Position numbers and translations under genes: made by a program. DNA of 64,000 bases from Thermoleophilaceae bacterium (GTDB lineage Bacteria > Actinomycetota > Thermoleophilia > Solirubrobacterales > Thermoleophilaceae), in assembly GCA_016929195.1 (NCBI GenBank), contig JAFGJG010000020.1, positions 2,722 through 66,721 of the forward strand, given 5' to 3'. The notes under the pieces are model-generated. The model made no database searches. It was not told the DNA's origin and saw only the letters and a program-made list of their open reading frames with translations. How positions within the stretch are numbered: the first letter of the stretch is position 1; every line of letters begins with the position of its first letter. Shown piece by piece: positions 1-9,247 of this stretch.

Positions 1-4
1 TCGC

Positions 5-604
5 CTAGACGCCGAGGACCGCGACCAGCGCGAACGCGATCGCGGCGATCACGAGCAGAGAGGCGAGCAGGAGCAGCGCTCCGGCGGCGACCGCGACGAT
101 CCCCCCGAGCTCCACGGCGCTCGCCGGCTCCTCCGGCTGCACGAGCGTGAGCTCGGCCGGGACGGCCGTGCTCGGCTCGCGGCCGAACGCCGCCACGAGG
201 GAGTTCTGGGCCTGGATCAGGCGGCGCTCGTGCTCGGCACAGCGTGGGCAGTTCTGGAGGTGCACGCCGAGGCGTCCGGCGCCGCTGTCGCCGAGGGCCC
301 CGTCGAGCCGGTCCGAGAGCAGCGACTCCGCCCGGAGGCACCAGCCGGCTCCCTCGAGCGGGCGGACGGTGCGCCTGAGCGCGGTGCGCGCCGACGCGAG
401 CAGCCGCCCCAGGTCGGCCTCGGGAATCCCCAGGCCCGCGGCCGCCGCGGGCCGCTCCGAGCCGGCGATGACGACGAGCGCCAGCGCCTTCGCGTGCGCC
501 TCCCCGAGCCCGGGAATACGGGACGAGACGTGCTCGACCGCGCGGTCCAGATCCACCGGCCCGGCGGGGGCGAGTGGCACGGGGCGCAGGGGCGCGTAGT
601 CCAC
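5..604 (-). CDS. membrane-anchored zf-HC2 anti-sigma-factor-like protein with a sigma region-4-like N-terminus
   Basis: 199-aa ORF. H-x3-C-x2-C motif (HLQNCPRCAEH). C-terminal hydrophobic helix (LLLLASLLVIAAIAFALVAVLGV). N-terminal LGIPEADLGRLLASARTALRR resembles a sigma-70 region 4 HTH. Confidence 0.6.
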   Translation of the reverse strand: MDYAPLRPVPLAPAGPVDLDRAVEHVSSRIPGLGEAHAKALALVVIAGSERPAAAAGLGIPEADLGRLLASARTALRRTVRPLEGAGWCLRAESLLSDRLDGALGDSGAGRLGVHLQNCPRCAEHERRLIQAQNSLVAAFGREPSTAVPAELTLVQPEEPASAVELGGIVAVAAGALLLLASLLVIAAIAFALVAVLGV

Positions 605-671
605 CGCTGGAAGCTTACGCCGACTAGTAGTCTGACCCTCAAATACCGGAAAGCCGTCTGAGAACGAGGAA

Positions 672-1535
672 ATGGAGGACTCCGTGGCCGACTACGCCAA
701 CGACGTTCTCGTTGACACCCAGTGGGTCGAGGACCACCTGAGCGACGACTCGATCCGCGTCGTCGAGGTCGACGAGAACCCCGCGCTCTACGCCGAGGCG
801 CACATCCCCGGAGCGATCGGCTTCGACTGGAAGAAGGACCTCCAGGACCAGGTCAAGCGCGACTTCCTCGGCCCGGCCGAGTTCGGCGAGCTGTTCGGGA
901 GCCGCGGCGTCTCGAACGACCACACCGTCGTCCTCTACGGGGACCGCAACAACTGGTTCGCGGCCTACACGTTCTGGTACCTGAAGTACTACGGGCACGA
1001 CAGCGTGAAGCTCATGAACGGGCCGCGCGAGAAGTGGATCTCGGAGGGCCGCCCGACCACCGGCGACCTGCCCCGCTTCGAGCCGCAAACCTTCAGCACG
1101 ACCGACGGCGACCAGTCGATCCGGGCCTACCGGGCCGAGGTCATCGAGGCGCTCGACGCGGGCACGAGCCTGGTCGACGTCCGCTCGCCCCAGGAGTACT
1201 CGGGCGAGCTGATCGCGATGGCCGGCTACGAGCAGGAGGGCGCCCAGCGCTCGGGCCACATCCCGGGCGCCGCCTCCGTGCCCTGGGCGCAGGCGGTGAA
1301 GGAGGACGGCACCTTCAAGACGGCCGACGAGCTGCGTGAGCTCTACGAGTCGAAGGGCGTGATCGGCGGCGGCCCGGTGATCGCGTACTGCCGCATCGGC
1401 GAGCGGTCGGCCCACACCTGGTTCGTGCTGCACGAGCTGCTCGGCGAGGGGGACGTCAAGAACTACGACGGCTCCTGGACCGAGTGGGGCAACCTCGTGG
1501 GCGTCCCCATCGAGAAGAACGCCCAGCCGGGCTAG
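672..1535 (+). CDS. thiosulfate/3-mercaptopyruvate sulfurtransferase (tandem rhodanese)
   Basis: 287 aa. Two rhodanese-like halves. Active-site loop CRIGERS. GHIPGA motifs in both halves. Confidence 0.9.
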   Translation: MEDSVADYANDVLVDTQWVEDHLSDDSIRVVEVDENPALYAEAHIPGAIGFDWKKDLQDQVKRDFLGPAEFGELFGSRGVSNDHTVVLYGDRNNWFAAYTFWYLKYYGHDSVKLMNGPREKWISEGRPTTGDLPRFEPQTFSTTDGDQSIRAYRAEVIEALDAGTSLVDVRSPQEYSGELIAMAGYEQEGAQRSGHIPGAASVPWAQAVKEDGTFKTADELRELYESKGVIGGGPVIAYCRIGERSAHTWFVLHELLGEGDVKNYDGSWTEWGNLVGVPIEKNAQPG

Positions 1536-2173
1536 AGCAGGGGCTTCAGCCGGTCGAGCAGCGACTGCACGATCCGCGCCGTCGCTCCCCACACGAGGTG
1601 GCCGTCCACGGTGTAGGTGGGCGTGCGGAAGGGCACGCCCTTCCGCACCAGCCGGCGCATCTCGTGGCCGCTGACGAGGTCGGCCAGCGACAGCTCGAGC
1701 ACGCGCTCGACCTCGGTCTCCTGCGGTCGCCACGCCGGGCCGTCGGCCACCACCCCGACGAACGGGTGCACGCGGTAGCCGGTCACGAAGGTCCCGACCG
1801 GCGGCAGCGCCCCGACCAGGTCCACGCGGGCCGGCTCGAGGCCGATCTCCTCGTCGGCCTCGCGCAGCGCGGTCAGTCGCAGGTCCTCGTCGGGCTCGTC
1901 CTGGCGCCCGCCGGGGAACGAGATCTCTCCGGCGTGCCGGTTGAGGTCCGCGCGGCGCTCGGTGAAGACGGCCACGAAGCCCTCGGGACGCGGCAGCAGC
2001 GGCACGAGAACGGCGGCGTCCTTGGTGCCCGGCGCGTCCAGCTCCGCGGCCTCCTCCTGTGACAGCAGCAGATCGCGGAGCGAGGGCGGGATGACCACCG
2101 TCCTATTATCCGCGCGCATGTCGGACCGAGCGCTCTGGAAGCGGATGCACGCCAGCATGTGGCTGGCCTTCAA
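1532..2173 (-). CDS. NUDIX hydrolase (CoA pyrophosphatase-like)
   Basis: Nudix box GGRQDEPDEDLRLTALREADEEIGL. The start is uncertain; an internal Met would place it at 2119. Confidence 0.8.
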   Translation of the reverse strand: MKASHMLACIRFQSARSDMRADNRTVVIPPSLRDLLLSQEEAAELDAPGTKDAAVLVPLLPRPEGFVAVFTERRADLNRHAGEISFPGGRQDEPDEDLRLTALREADEEIGLEPARVDLVGALPPVGTFVTGYRVHPFVGVVADGPAWRPQETEVERVLELSLADLVSGHEMRRLVRKGVPFRTPTYTVDGHLVWGATARIVQSLLDRLKPLL

Positions 2174-2882
2174 GGCCGTCCCCGCGGCATCGTCCGGCCG
2201 CTCGATCGAGCTCGACGGGGTCCTGGCCTGCGTGACGCCCGCGGTCCCGGAGCGCTCCCTGCCGAACTCGGTCCTCTACGAGAGCGAGGACGCCCTGGAG
2301 GCGGCCCTGCCCACGCTCGCCGCCGCATACGAGGAGGCCGGGATCGAGGCCTGGACGGTCTGGGTGCCGGAGCACGACGAGCGTGCGCGGACCCTGCTCG
2401 CGGAGGCCGGGCACAAGCTCGACGCCACGCCGACCGCGATGATCGCCGACCTCGACGATGTCGAGCCGCCGCGACCGGAGGACCCGGCGCCCGACGCCGA
2501 GCCCTCGCTCCGGGACCTGGGCGTGATCAACGACCGTGCCTACGACACCGGCGACTCGTTCCAGCGCATCCTCGGCGACGGGCCCGCCGACCCGCGCCAC
2601 AACTACATCGCGCGCCGGCGCGGGGAGGCGGTCGCGTCGGTCGTGAGCCAGGATCATCGCGGCGACTGCAGCATCTGGTGGGTGGCCACCGTCCCGGAGG
2701 CGCGCGGCTCCGGCCTCGCGGCCGGGCTGATGCGCCGCGCGCTCGCCGACGGCCGTGCCCGCGGCAACGAGGTCACGACGCTCCAGGCCACGAAGCTCGG
2801 CCGCCCGGTCTACGAGCGGCTCGGCTATCGGGGCTTCGGGACGATCGAGATGTGGGAGCGCCGCCGGGCTACGTCAGCGTGA
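2118..2882 (+). CDS. GNAT family N-acetyltransferase
   Basis: C-terminal acetyl-CoA motif region (WWVATVPEARGSGLAAGLMRRAL ... YERLGYRGFG). Start taken at the ATG at 2118 (MSDRALW); the track ORF from 1941 overlaps the NUDIX gene. Confidence 0.75.
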   Translation: MSDRALWKRMHASMWLAFKAVPAASSGRSIELDGVLACVTPAVPERSLPNSVLYESEDALEAALPTLAAAYEEAGIEAWTVWVPEHDERARTLLAEAGHKLDATPTAMIADLDDVEPPRPEDPAPDAEPSLRDLGVINDRAYDTGDSFQRILGDGPADPRHNYIARRRGEAVASVVSQDHRGDCSIWWVATVPEARGSGLAAGLMRRALADGRARGNEVTTLQATKLGRPVYERLGYRGFGTIEMWERRRATSA

Positions 2883-3264
2883 CGCGCTCGTCGAACATCA
2901 CTTCGCCCTCGAGCGTCCGGTGCACCGGGCACTTGGCGGCGATCTGCATGAGGCGCTCGCGCGCCTCGTCGGGCAGCTCCTTCGGCATGCGCACCTCCAT
3001 GCTGAAACGCGTGGGCGAGCCGCGCTGTGCCGGCTCGTAGGTCACGTCCACCTCGAGGTCGCCCACGTCCCATCCCTTCCGGGCCGCGTACATCTCCATC
3101 GTGATGGCCGTGCAGGAGGCCAGGCTCGCGGCGAGCAGCTCCTGCGGGCTCGGCGCGCTGTCCTCGCCGCCGTTCTCACGCGGCTCGTCGGCGAGCAGGC
3201 GGTGGGTGCGGACCTTCAGGTCGTGCTTGAGCGACCCATGTCTGCGCGTTGCTGTGGCTTTCAT
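2869..3264 (-). CDS. OsmC family peroxiredoxin-like protein
   Basis: 131 aa from MKATATRR. OsmC-like pattern (PQELLAASLASCTAITM ... KCPVHRTL). Its ATG overlaps the upstream gene stop (ATGA). Confidence 0.85.
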   Translation of the reverse strand: MKATATRRHGSLKHDLKVRTHRLLADEPRENGGEDSAPSPQELLAASLASCTAITMEMYAARKGWDVGDLEVDVTYEPAQRGSPTRFSMEVRMPKELPDEARERLMQIAAKCPVHRTLEGEVMFDERVTLT

Positions 3265-3818
3265 CCTCTCCCCTCGAACTGCTCCGGATCGGGCACGTCC
3301 GCGAAGCGCGCCATCGCGAACAGCGCGTCCGACAGCCGATTCAGGTACCTGACGACGAGATCGTCCTCGAGCTCGCCGGCGTGGTGCAGAGCGCTCACGC
3401 GCCGCTCCGCGCGGCGGACGGCGGTGCGCGCCACGTCCAGGCGCGCCGACAGTTCCGTGCCGCCCGGGATCACGAACTTGGGCGGCAGGTCCACCCGGTC
3501 CATGTATCGGTCGATGTCCGCCTCCAGGCGGTCGACCATCGCGGGCGTGACACGCGAGACGCCCGCCTCCAGGCGGTCGGCGGCCTCGGGGGCCGTTGCG
3601 AGCTGGGCGCCGCAGACGAAGAGCTCGTTCTGCATCCGCAGGATGTCGGCGTACAGCTCGCCGGCAGGCTCGGCCGCCGCCCGGCAGACACCGAGCGCGC
3701 ATGCGGCCTCGTCCACCGAGCCGTACGCCTCCGGGCGGCCGTCGTGCTTCGCGACGCGCCCGCCGTACCAGAGCCCGGTCGTGCCGTCGTCGCCCTTTCG
3801 CGTGTAGATCTTGACCAC
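3261..3818 (-). CDS. ATP:cob(I)alamin adenosyltransferase, PduO type
   Basis: N-terminus VKIYTRKGDDGTTGL plus FVIPGG motif. GTG start at 3818; the longer track ORF upstream is low-complexity. Confidence 0.9.
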   Translation of the reverse strand: MVKIYTRKGDDGTTGLWYGGRVAKHDGRPEAYGSVDEAACALGVCRAAAEPAGELYADILRMQNELFVCGAQLATAPEAADRLEAGVSRVTPAMVDRLEADIDRYMDRVDLPPKFVIPGGTELSARLDVARTAVRRAERRVSALHHAGELEDDLVVRYLNRLSDALFAMARFADVPDPEQFEGRG

Positions 3819-4026
3819 GGCGCGCCATCCTACGGCCGCCCGACCCCGGGTACATAAACCCGGGGTTAAGCCTGTGAAATCCCGGGGCTCAGGTTGTGCG
3901 GACCCCGGGGACAGGGGGTCCAAAGACCGGTACCCCTCCCTGGTGCGGCGTCCCCCGTACGCGCGTAGGTTCGAGCCGATGCCGCTTGCCATGGGGGTGA
4001 GCGCAAATGAACCCAGGAGGTTGGTC

Positions 4027-6222
4027 ATGCGACGACTCGGGAGGCTCAGGCTGAGCCTCGCGTTCCTTGCGTGTGTCCTGGGCTCGGCGCTCGCGAGCGG
4101 TCCCGCCGCGGCGCAGGGTCCCCCAGATCCGCAGACCACGAACATCCCGTACCTGGCCTGGCGCGGCGAGCAGATCCGGCTCGTCAAGTGCGACCCGGCC
4201 ATCGGTGAAGAGGGCGCCAGCGTCGACTGGCTGGTCGAGGAGTGGACAGGTCCGGGCCTGAAGCCCCAGATCGAGACGTCCACGATCACCGGCTTCGAGG
4301 ACTGCGTGGCTGCGGACATCGTGAGCCTGGAGCCCGGGCTCGCGCGTGTGAAGCTCGTCGTCAGCGACGAGTCCGGCACTGCGATCCTGAAGCACCAGTT
4401 CCTGTCCATCTGGATGAGCCTGAACAAGCCGAGCATCGACGAGGTGGGGCAGGCCGATCCGACGGGCAACAGCCGTCTGGGCGACCCGCCCGGAGACGGC
4501 ATCTTCACCGCCGGCGACCTCAACGGCCGCATCCAGGTGAAGGTGACGGGCACGTTCCCCGGCCACGGGGGCATCAGCTACACGCTGCCCGACGCGTGGC
4601 CGGCTCTGGCGAGCGTCCTGGCGGACGACTCGGACTCGGATCCGGACAACAACGCGGCCCGCTGGGACATCCACGACGACCTCGCGAAGACCGAGGGTCA
4701 CGTGAGTGGCTACTGCGGACCGGGCACGGCAGTCGTCGACGCCGTCGACAACTGCAAGCTCCCGAGCACCGCCTCCGGCCCGTTCTCGCGGGTCTACGGC
4801 GACAGCTCGGGCCCGAACACGGTCGGCCCGTTCGACCCGCTCGTGCTCAGCACGCTGCTGGGTGACGGCAACCTGAACGCAGGCGATGCCCCGATGCCGG
4901 CGGCTCGCGTGGACGTTCAGATCGCCAAGAACACCGGCGGGACGGACATCGGCGGCGTCGGCTCGCTCGAGCCTGCCGACAAGGCCGAGGTGTACAGCCG
5001 GGACACGAACGGCACCGCGAGTGCCCACAACTACTACGCGCCGTTCTACAGCGCGTGGATCCCGGCGACGTCGAGGCCGGGCCTGTCCTCCGGGATCGAC
5101 GGTCCCGCGCAGGGCAACAATTTCCGCGGTTTCCTGGTCGACGGTCAGTACGACTACTGGGAGTTCGCGGAAGTGCTGCGCTCCGAGGTCGCGCGGTCGA
5201 CGCAGTGCCTGCGCCGCACCGACCAGGCGCCGGCGTATCGCCAGACCCCGGCCGGTCCTCAGAACGTGGCCGTCTACACGGACGAGCACGGCGAGGCCCA
5301 GGTCGAGTACAACCCCGGCACCGGCGCCTACTACGACGCCGTCGGGGCGATCAAGAACGACAACGGCGGGTGTGACCTCGAGGATGTGGACCTCCTCGGC
5401 CGTTCGGTCATCACCGCGACCGCTCGTTACCCGTACCAGCCGGTCAGCGACCCGGCGAAGGCGTCCGATCCGCTGACCAAGCAGGTGAAGTCACTGTTCA
5501 CCAAGTACCTCGGCTACTTCACGAAGGGCCCGGGTACGGCGAACTCCACCGCTCGCATCGTCGTTGCGCACGCGCAGGACGTGGACGGACGGGCGTTCGC
5601 CAACGAGCGCGTCTGCTTCTTCGTCGATGACGAGGCGGACGGTGCGTTCGGGTTCTCCGGCACGACCGGACCGGCCAACGCCCGGTTCACCGTCGGAGGC
5701 TCCGACGCCCCGCTGCTCGGCAACGCGCCGGTGTGTCGTTACACGGATGCCAACGGCAACGCCGCGGTGGAAGTGATCAACAGCGACCCGCAGAGCATCA
5801 ACGTGGTCGCCTACTTCGTGCCCGAGGGGATCCTCAGGGACATCGACGTGGAGTTCGGGACGGCAGCGACGCCGACCCCGCCCGGCGATTTCGACGACGA
5901 TCCGCCGGCCCGTGGTGCGGAAGGCACGAACCCGCCGACTGAGAGCGTCCTGAAGTCGGTCGGTGCCACGAGCGTCAAGAAGAAGGCCAAGAAGGCTGTC
6001 TCTTCCTCGATCCGCGTCGCGCGGCTCGTGAAGAAGGGCGGCAAGGTCTACCTCGTGGTCAAGGTCAAGAGCAACGTTCGCTACGCGAAGCTGCGGGTGA
6101 AGGTGCTCAACAAGCACGGCCGCAAGATGGCCGTCAAGACCAAGCGGATCCGGACGAACCGCACGGTCAAGCTCCGTCTCTCTGCCAAGGCGCAGGGGGC
6201 GGCGGTGTCCATCGTCCGGTAG
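4027..6222 (+). CDS. large exported protein of unknown function with a Lys/Arg-rich C-terminal tail
   Basis: ATG at 4027 preceded by AGGAGG. Signal peptide MRRLGRLRLSLAFLACVLGSALASGPAAAQ. About 730 aa with no catalytic motif I recognise. Ig-like beta-rich segments. Tail KKGGKVYLVVKVKSNVRYAKLRVKVLNKHGRK. Confidence 0.8.
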   Translation: MRRLGRLRLSLAFLACVLGSALASGPAAAQGPPDPQTTNIPYLAWRGEQIRLVKCDPAIGEEGASVDWLVEEWTGPGLKPQIETSTITGFEDCVAADIVSLEPGLARVKLVVSDESGTAILKHQFLSIWMSLNKPSIDEVGQADPTGNSRLGDPPGDGIFTAGDLNGRIQVKVTGTFPGHGGISYTLPDAWPALASVLADDSDSDPDNNAARWDIHDDLAKTEGHVSGYCGPGTAVVDAVDNCKLPSTASGPFSRVYGDSSGPNTVGPFDPLVLSTLLGDGNLNAGDAPMPAARVDVQIAKNTGGTDIGGVGSLEPADKAEVYSRDTNGTASAHNYYAPFYSAWIPATSRPGLSSGIDGPAQGNNFRGFLVDGQYDYWEFAEVLRSEVARSTQCLRRTDQAPAYRQTPAGPQNVAVYTDEHGEAQVEYNPGTGAYYDAVGAIKNDNGGCDLEDVDLLGRSVITATARYPYQPVSDPAKASDPLTKQVKSLFTKYLGYFTKGPGTANSTARIVVAHAQDVDGRAFANERVCFFVDDEADGAFGFSGTTGPANARFTVGGSDAPLLGNAPVCRYTDANGNAAVEVINSDPQSINVVAYFVPEGILRDIDVEFGTAATPTPPGDFDDDPPARGAEGTNPPTESVLKSVGATSVKKKAKKAVSSSIRVARLVKKGGKVYLVVKVKSNVRYAKLRVKVLNKHGRKMAVKTKRIRTNRTVKLRLSAKAQGAAVSIVR

Positions 6223-6245
6223 GACGAGGGTTCAGCCAGCGCAAC

Positions 6246-6272
6246 GGGGGCCCGCTTCGGCGGGCCCCCTTT
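6246..6272. terminator. bidirectional intrinsic terminator hairpin
   Basis: Perfect 10-bp GC stem GGGGGCCCGC-TTCG-GCGGGCCCCC followed by TTT. Lies between the convergent genes ending at 6222 and 6288. Confidence 0.75.
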
Positions 6273-6287
6273 GCGTCCGGGCTCGTA

Positions 6288-9146
6288 TCAGGCGGAGCGC
6301 TCGAGCGACTCGGGCTCGCCGAGCGCGCCGATCAGCGATCCGCGCGAGTGCAGCTCGAGCTTCCGGTACGCGTTGCCGAGGTGCCACTCGACGGTCTTCG
6401 GAGTGATGAACAGGCGCTGGGCGATGTCGCGGTTGCGCACGCCGCGGGCCGCCAGCTGGGCCACCTGGCGCTCGCGCGGGGTCAGCGCCTCGGAGCCGCT
6501 GACGCGCTGGCGCCGCGGCCGCGCGCCGGCGGCGGTGAGCTCCTCCCGCGCTCGCAGCTCCAGCCGCGTCGCCTCGCAGCGCTGGGCCAGGTCCATGCCG
6601 GAGCGCAGGGCCTCGCGCGCCTCGCGGCGCCTGCCGGCCCTGCGGAGCTCGGTGCCGAGGTCCACGAGCACGCGCCCGCGGTCGAGCGCGGCCGGGGAGC
6701 GCTCCAGGCAGCGGACCGCCTCGCGCAGACGATCGAGGCGCTCGCTCGCCGGGCCGACGATCGCGGCCGAGCGGAGTGCGACGCCGAGCGGGCCCGGGGC
6801 GCCGAACGTCCGGGCGAGCGACACCTCCTCGCCCGCGAGCGTCATCGCCCGGGCGGCGTCCCCGGTGGCGGCGGCGGCGATCGCGGCACGCGAGCGCCAG
6901 GGCAGGACGGCGGGGTTGTGCACCCCCAGCGCCTCCATGACGCGGCCGGCCTCGAGCAGCTCGGCCAGGGCGGCCTCGGGGTCGCCGCGAAGATGGTGGA
7001 GGCGCCCGCGGGCCGCCAGGTGGAAGGCGTGCCGCGGGCCGTCGTCCCACTCCGTCTGCTGGGCGGGGTCGTGGAGGCCGAGAGCGGCCTCGTCCATGCG
7101 CCCCTGCTCCATGTCGACCTCGGCGAGGATCGTCCCCGCGGCGGGGATGCCGGGTGAGGGCCCGTCGCCGGTCGGCCCGCTCGCCTCGAGGGCGTCGGCA
7201 GACGCGTGGGCCAGGCGCCCGCGCTTGAACACGGCCCAGGCGCGGAAGCGCGAGATGGTGGAGGCCGCCGCGGCGTTGCCGCGCCGGTGGGCGCTCTCGA
7301 GCGCCATCGTGAGCGCGATCTCGGCCGTGGCCAGCGAGTCGGCCCACATGAGCGCGCAGCAGGCCGCGTAGCACTCGGGGCCCGGCACGGAGTCGAGGTC
7401 GGCCAGCACGCCCTCGAGCGAGCGCTCCGCAAGCTCCGCGACACGGGTGCTCCGCCGGCCGGCGAGCGCGCGCTCGAATGCGACGGAGGCGAGCAGGGCG
7501 GGGTCGCGCTGCCGACCGAAGCCGGGCTCGCGCAGCGATGGCGCCAGCCGCTCGATCGTCCTGACCCGGAGATCGGCGTCGAGGCGGGCCGCCAGCAGGA
7601 GTCCGGCGCGCAGGGAGGGGGCCTGGGCGTGGTCGCCGGAGGCCTCGGCGTGGTCGAGCGCGCGCTCGAAGGCCTCGGCCGCGGCGCCCTCCTGGCCGAG
7701 CAGCCACAGCGCGCCGCCGAGCCGTTCGAGCGTCCCGGCGCGCTCCGCGCCGGTCTGGGCTCCCTCGACCGCGAGGGCCAGCCGGGTCGTCCCCGCCGGG
7801 TCGCCCGAGGCGGCCTCGGCCTCGCCCAGCTCGGCGAGCAGGAGCGAGCGCTGAACCGGGTCCGGGTCCTCGTCGAGCGCGCGTCGCAGGTAGGCGATGC
7901 CGAACGCCAGCCTGCCCCCGGACAGGGCCGAGCGCCCGGCCTCCCAGAGCGCCTCGAGGGCCCAGTCCTCACCGAGGCGCTGCGCCTCGAGCAGGTGCGC
8001 GGCGGTGCGCTCGGCCGGGGCGTCGGCAGCCGCGAGCGCACGCGCCGCCTGCACGTGCGCGCCCGCGCGTGCGCGCGGCGACAGGCCCTCGTAGAGCGAC
8101 GCCCGCACGATGCCGTGCCGGAAGCGCAGCTCGGGGCGCGAGTCGAAGATCTCGGCTCGGCGCAGGACGTCGGCCGCCTCGAGCGCGGTGAAGTGGTCGA
8201 GCCCGGCCACGTCGGCCGCGAGCATCCGGGTGGCGTCGTTGTGCAGCACCGCCGCCGCGTTCGCGAGCGCGCGGGCGCCCTCGGGCAGGCGCTCGAGCCG
8301 CAGGCAGGTCGCCCGCGCGACGGCGTCCGAGCTGAGCCCCCGGAGCCTGCCCGGGTCGCTGCCGCGCACGCCGGCCGCCCGGGCGCTCTGGAGCAGGGCC
8401 TTCGCCAGGAACGGCACCCCGCCCGACTCCTGGAGGACGGCGCGGACGAATGCGTCTCGCGGGTCGGTCTCGCCCTCGGCCTCGAGCAGCTCGCGGATCC
8501 CGTGCTCGCCCAGCGGCTCGATGCGGTGTACCTGCGCCGACGGGGAGCTCGCGAGGCGGTCCACCAGCGTGGCGTGCGGCCCGTCCTCCCCGGTGATCCG
8601 GGTGCAGGCGATGACCACGGGCAGGTCGTCGAGGCGCTGGGCCAGGTAGAGGAGCAGCTCGAGCGACGGGCGGTCGGCCCACTGAACGTCGTCGACCGCG
8701 ATCAGCGACGGGGTGCGCTCGGACAGGTGCCTGACCAGCCTGAGCATGCCGCTGAAGTTCTCCTGCGGCGAGGCCGCCTCGCTGCCCGGAGCCCCCGTGA
8801 GAACGGCCCCCGCCGCGCCGGCGAGGCCGCGGAGCGCGGCGCGCTCGAGCGGGTCCGGCTGGTCGAGCCGCGGCTCCAGCAGCTGCCGCGCCACGCCGAA
8901 CGGGAAGTTGACCTCGAGCTCGCCGCCGCGGGCGCGCATGACGAGCGCCCCGCGCGCCTCCGCGGCGCGCGCCGCCTCGGCGAGCAGGCTGGACTTGCCC
9001 ACGCCCGCCGCGCCCTCGAAGAACAGCAGCGCTCCGCAGGCCGGGGCATGGTCGAGGCTCAGCGCCAGCAGGTCGAGTTCGCCTGCGCGCTCGATCAGCT
9101 GAGCCGGCACCGGAGCGGGCGCCGGCGTCGGGAGGGTCCGAGCCAT
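6288..9146 (-). CDS. LuxR-family (LAL/MalT-like) regulator: AAA ATPase + TPR-like repeats + LuxR HTH
   Basis: 952 aa. Walker A GAAGVGKSSLL. Walker B IAVDDVQWAD. C-terminal LTPRERQVAQLAARGVRNRDIAQRLFITPKTVEWHL. Confidence 0.9.
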   Translation of the reverse strand: MARTLPTPAPAPVPAQLIERAGELDLLALSLDHAPACGALLFFEGAAGVGKSSLLAEAARAAEARGALVMRARGGELEVNFPFGVARQLLEPRLDQPDPLERAALRGLAGAAGAVLTGAPGSEAASPQENFSGMLRLVRHLSERTPSLIAVDDVQWADRPSLELLLYLAQRLDDLPVVIACTRITGEDGPHATLVDRLASSPSAQVHRIEPLGEHGIRELLEAEGETDPRDAFVRAVLQESGGVPFLAKALLQSARAAGVRGSDPGRLRGLSSDAVARATCLRLERLPEGARALANAAAVLHNDATRMLAADVAGLDHFTALEAADVLRRAEIFDSRPELRFRHGIVRASLYEGLSPRARAGAHVQAARALAAADAPAERTAAHLLEAQRLGEDWALEALWEAGRSALSGGRLAFGIAYLRRALDEDPDPVQRSLLLAELGEAEAASGDPAGTTRLALAVEGAQTGAERAGTLERLGGALWLLGQEGAAAEAFERALDHAEASGDHAQAPSLRAGLLLAARLDADLRVRTIERLAPSLREPGFGRQRDPALLASVAFERALAGRRSTRVAELAERSLEGVLADLDSVPGPECYAACCALMWADSLATAEIALTMALESAHRRGNAAAASTISRFRAWAVFKRGRLAHASADALEASGPTGDGPSPGIPAAGTILAEVDMEQGRMDEAALGLHDPAQQTEWDDGPRHAFHLAARGRLHHLRGDPEAALAELLEAGRVMEALGVHNPAVLPWRSRAAIAAAATGDAARAMTLAGEEVSLARTFGAPGPLGVALRSAAIVGPASERLDRLREAVRCLERSPAALDRGRVLVDLGTELRRAGRRREAREALRSGMDLAQRCEATRLELRAREELTAAGARPRRQRVSGSEALTPRERQVAQLAARGVRNRDIAQRLFITPKTVEWHLGNAYRKLELHSRGSLIGALGEPESLERSA

Positions 9147-9247
9147 GCAGGCGTTGTTCTAACCCACTCGGAGAGGGCGTGCAATCTTCCTCTACAAAAC
9201 TTGACCAAATCCAGGCAAATCGTTTTCGCCACAACCTCCGGCGGGGG

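Noticed and set aside
3261-3818. A possible cobalamin riboswitch near the PduO-type adenosyltransferase.
   Set aside because: The upstream spacer is short and shows no B12-box-like conserved core that I can recognise. The gene appears to be simply co-transcribed with the OsmC gene.
3811-4026. An upstream extension (72 aa) of the exported-protein ORF.
   Set aside because: It overlaps the adenosyltransferase start and has no signal peptide. The ATG at 4027 has an AGGAGG RBS and is followed immediately by a signal peptide.
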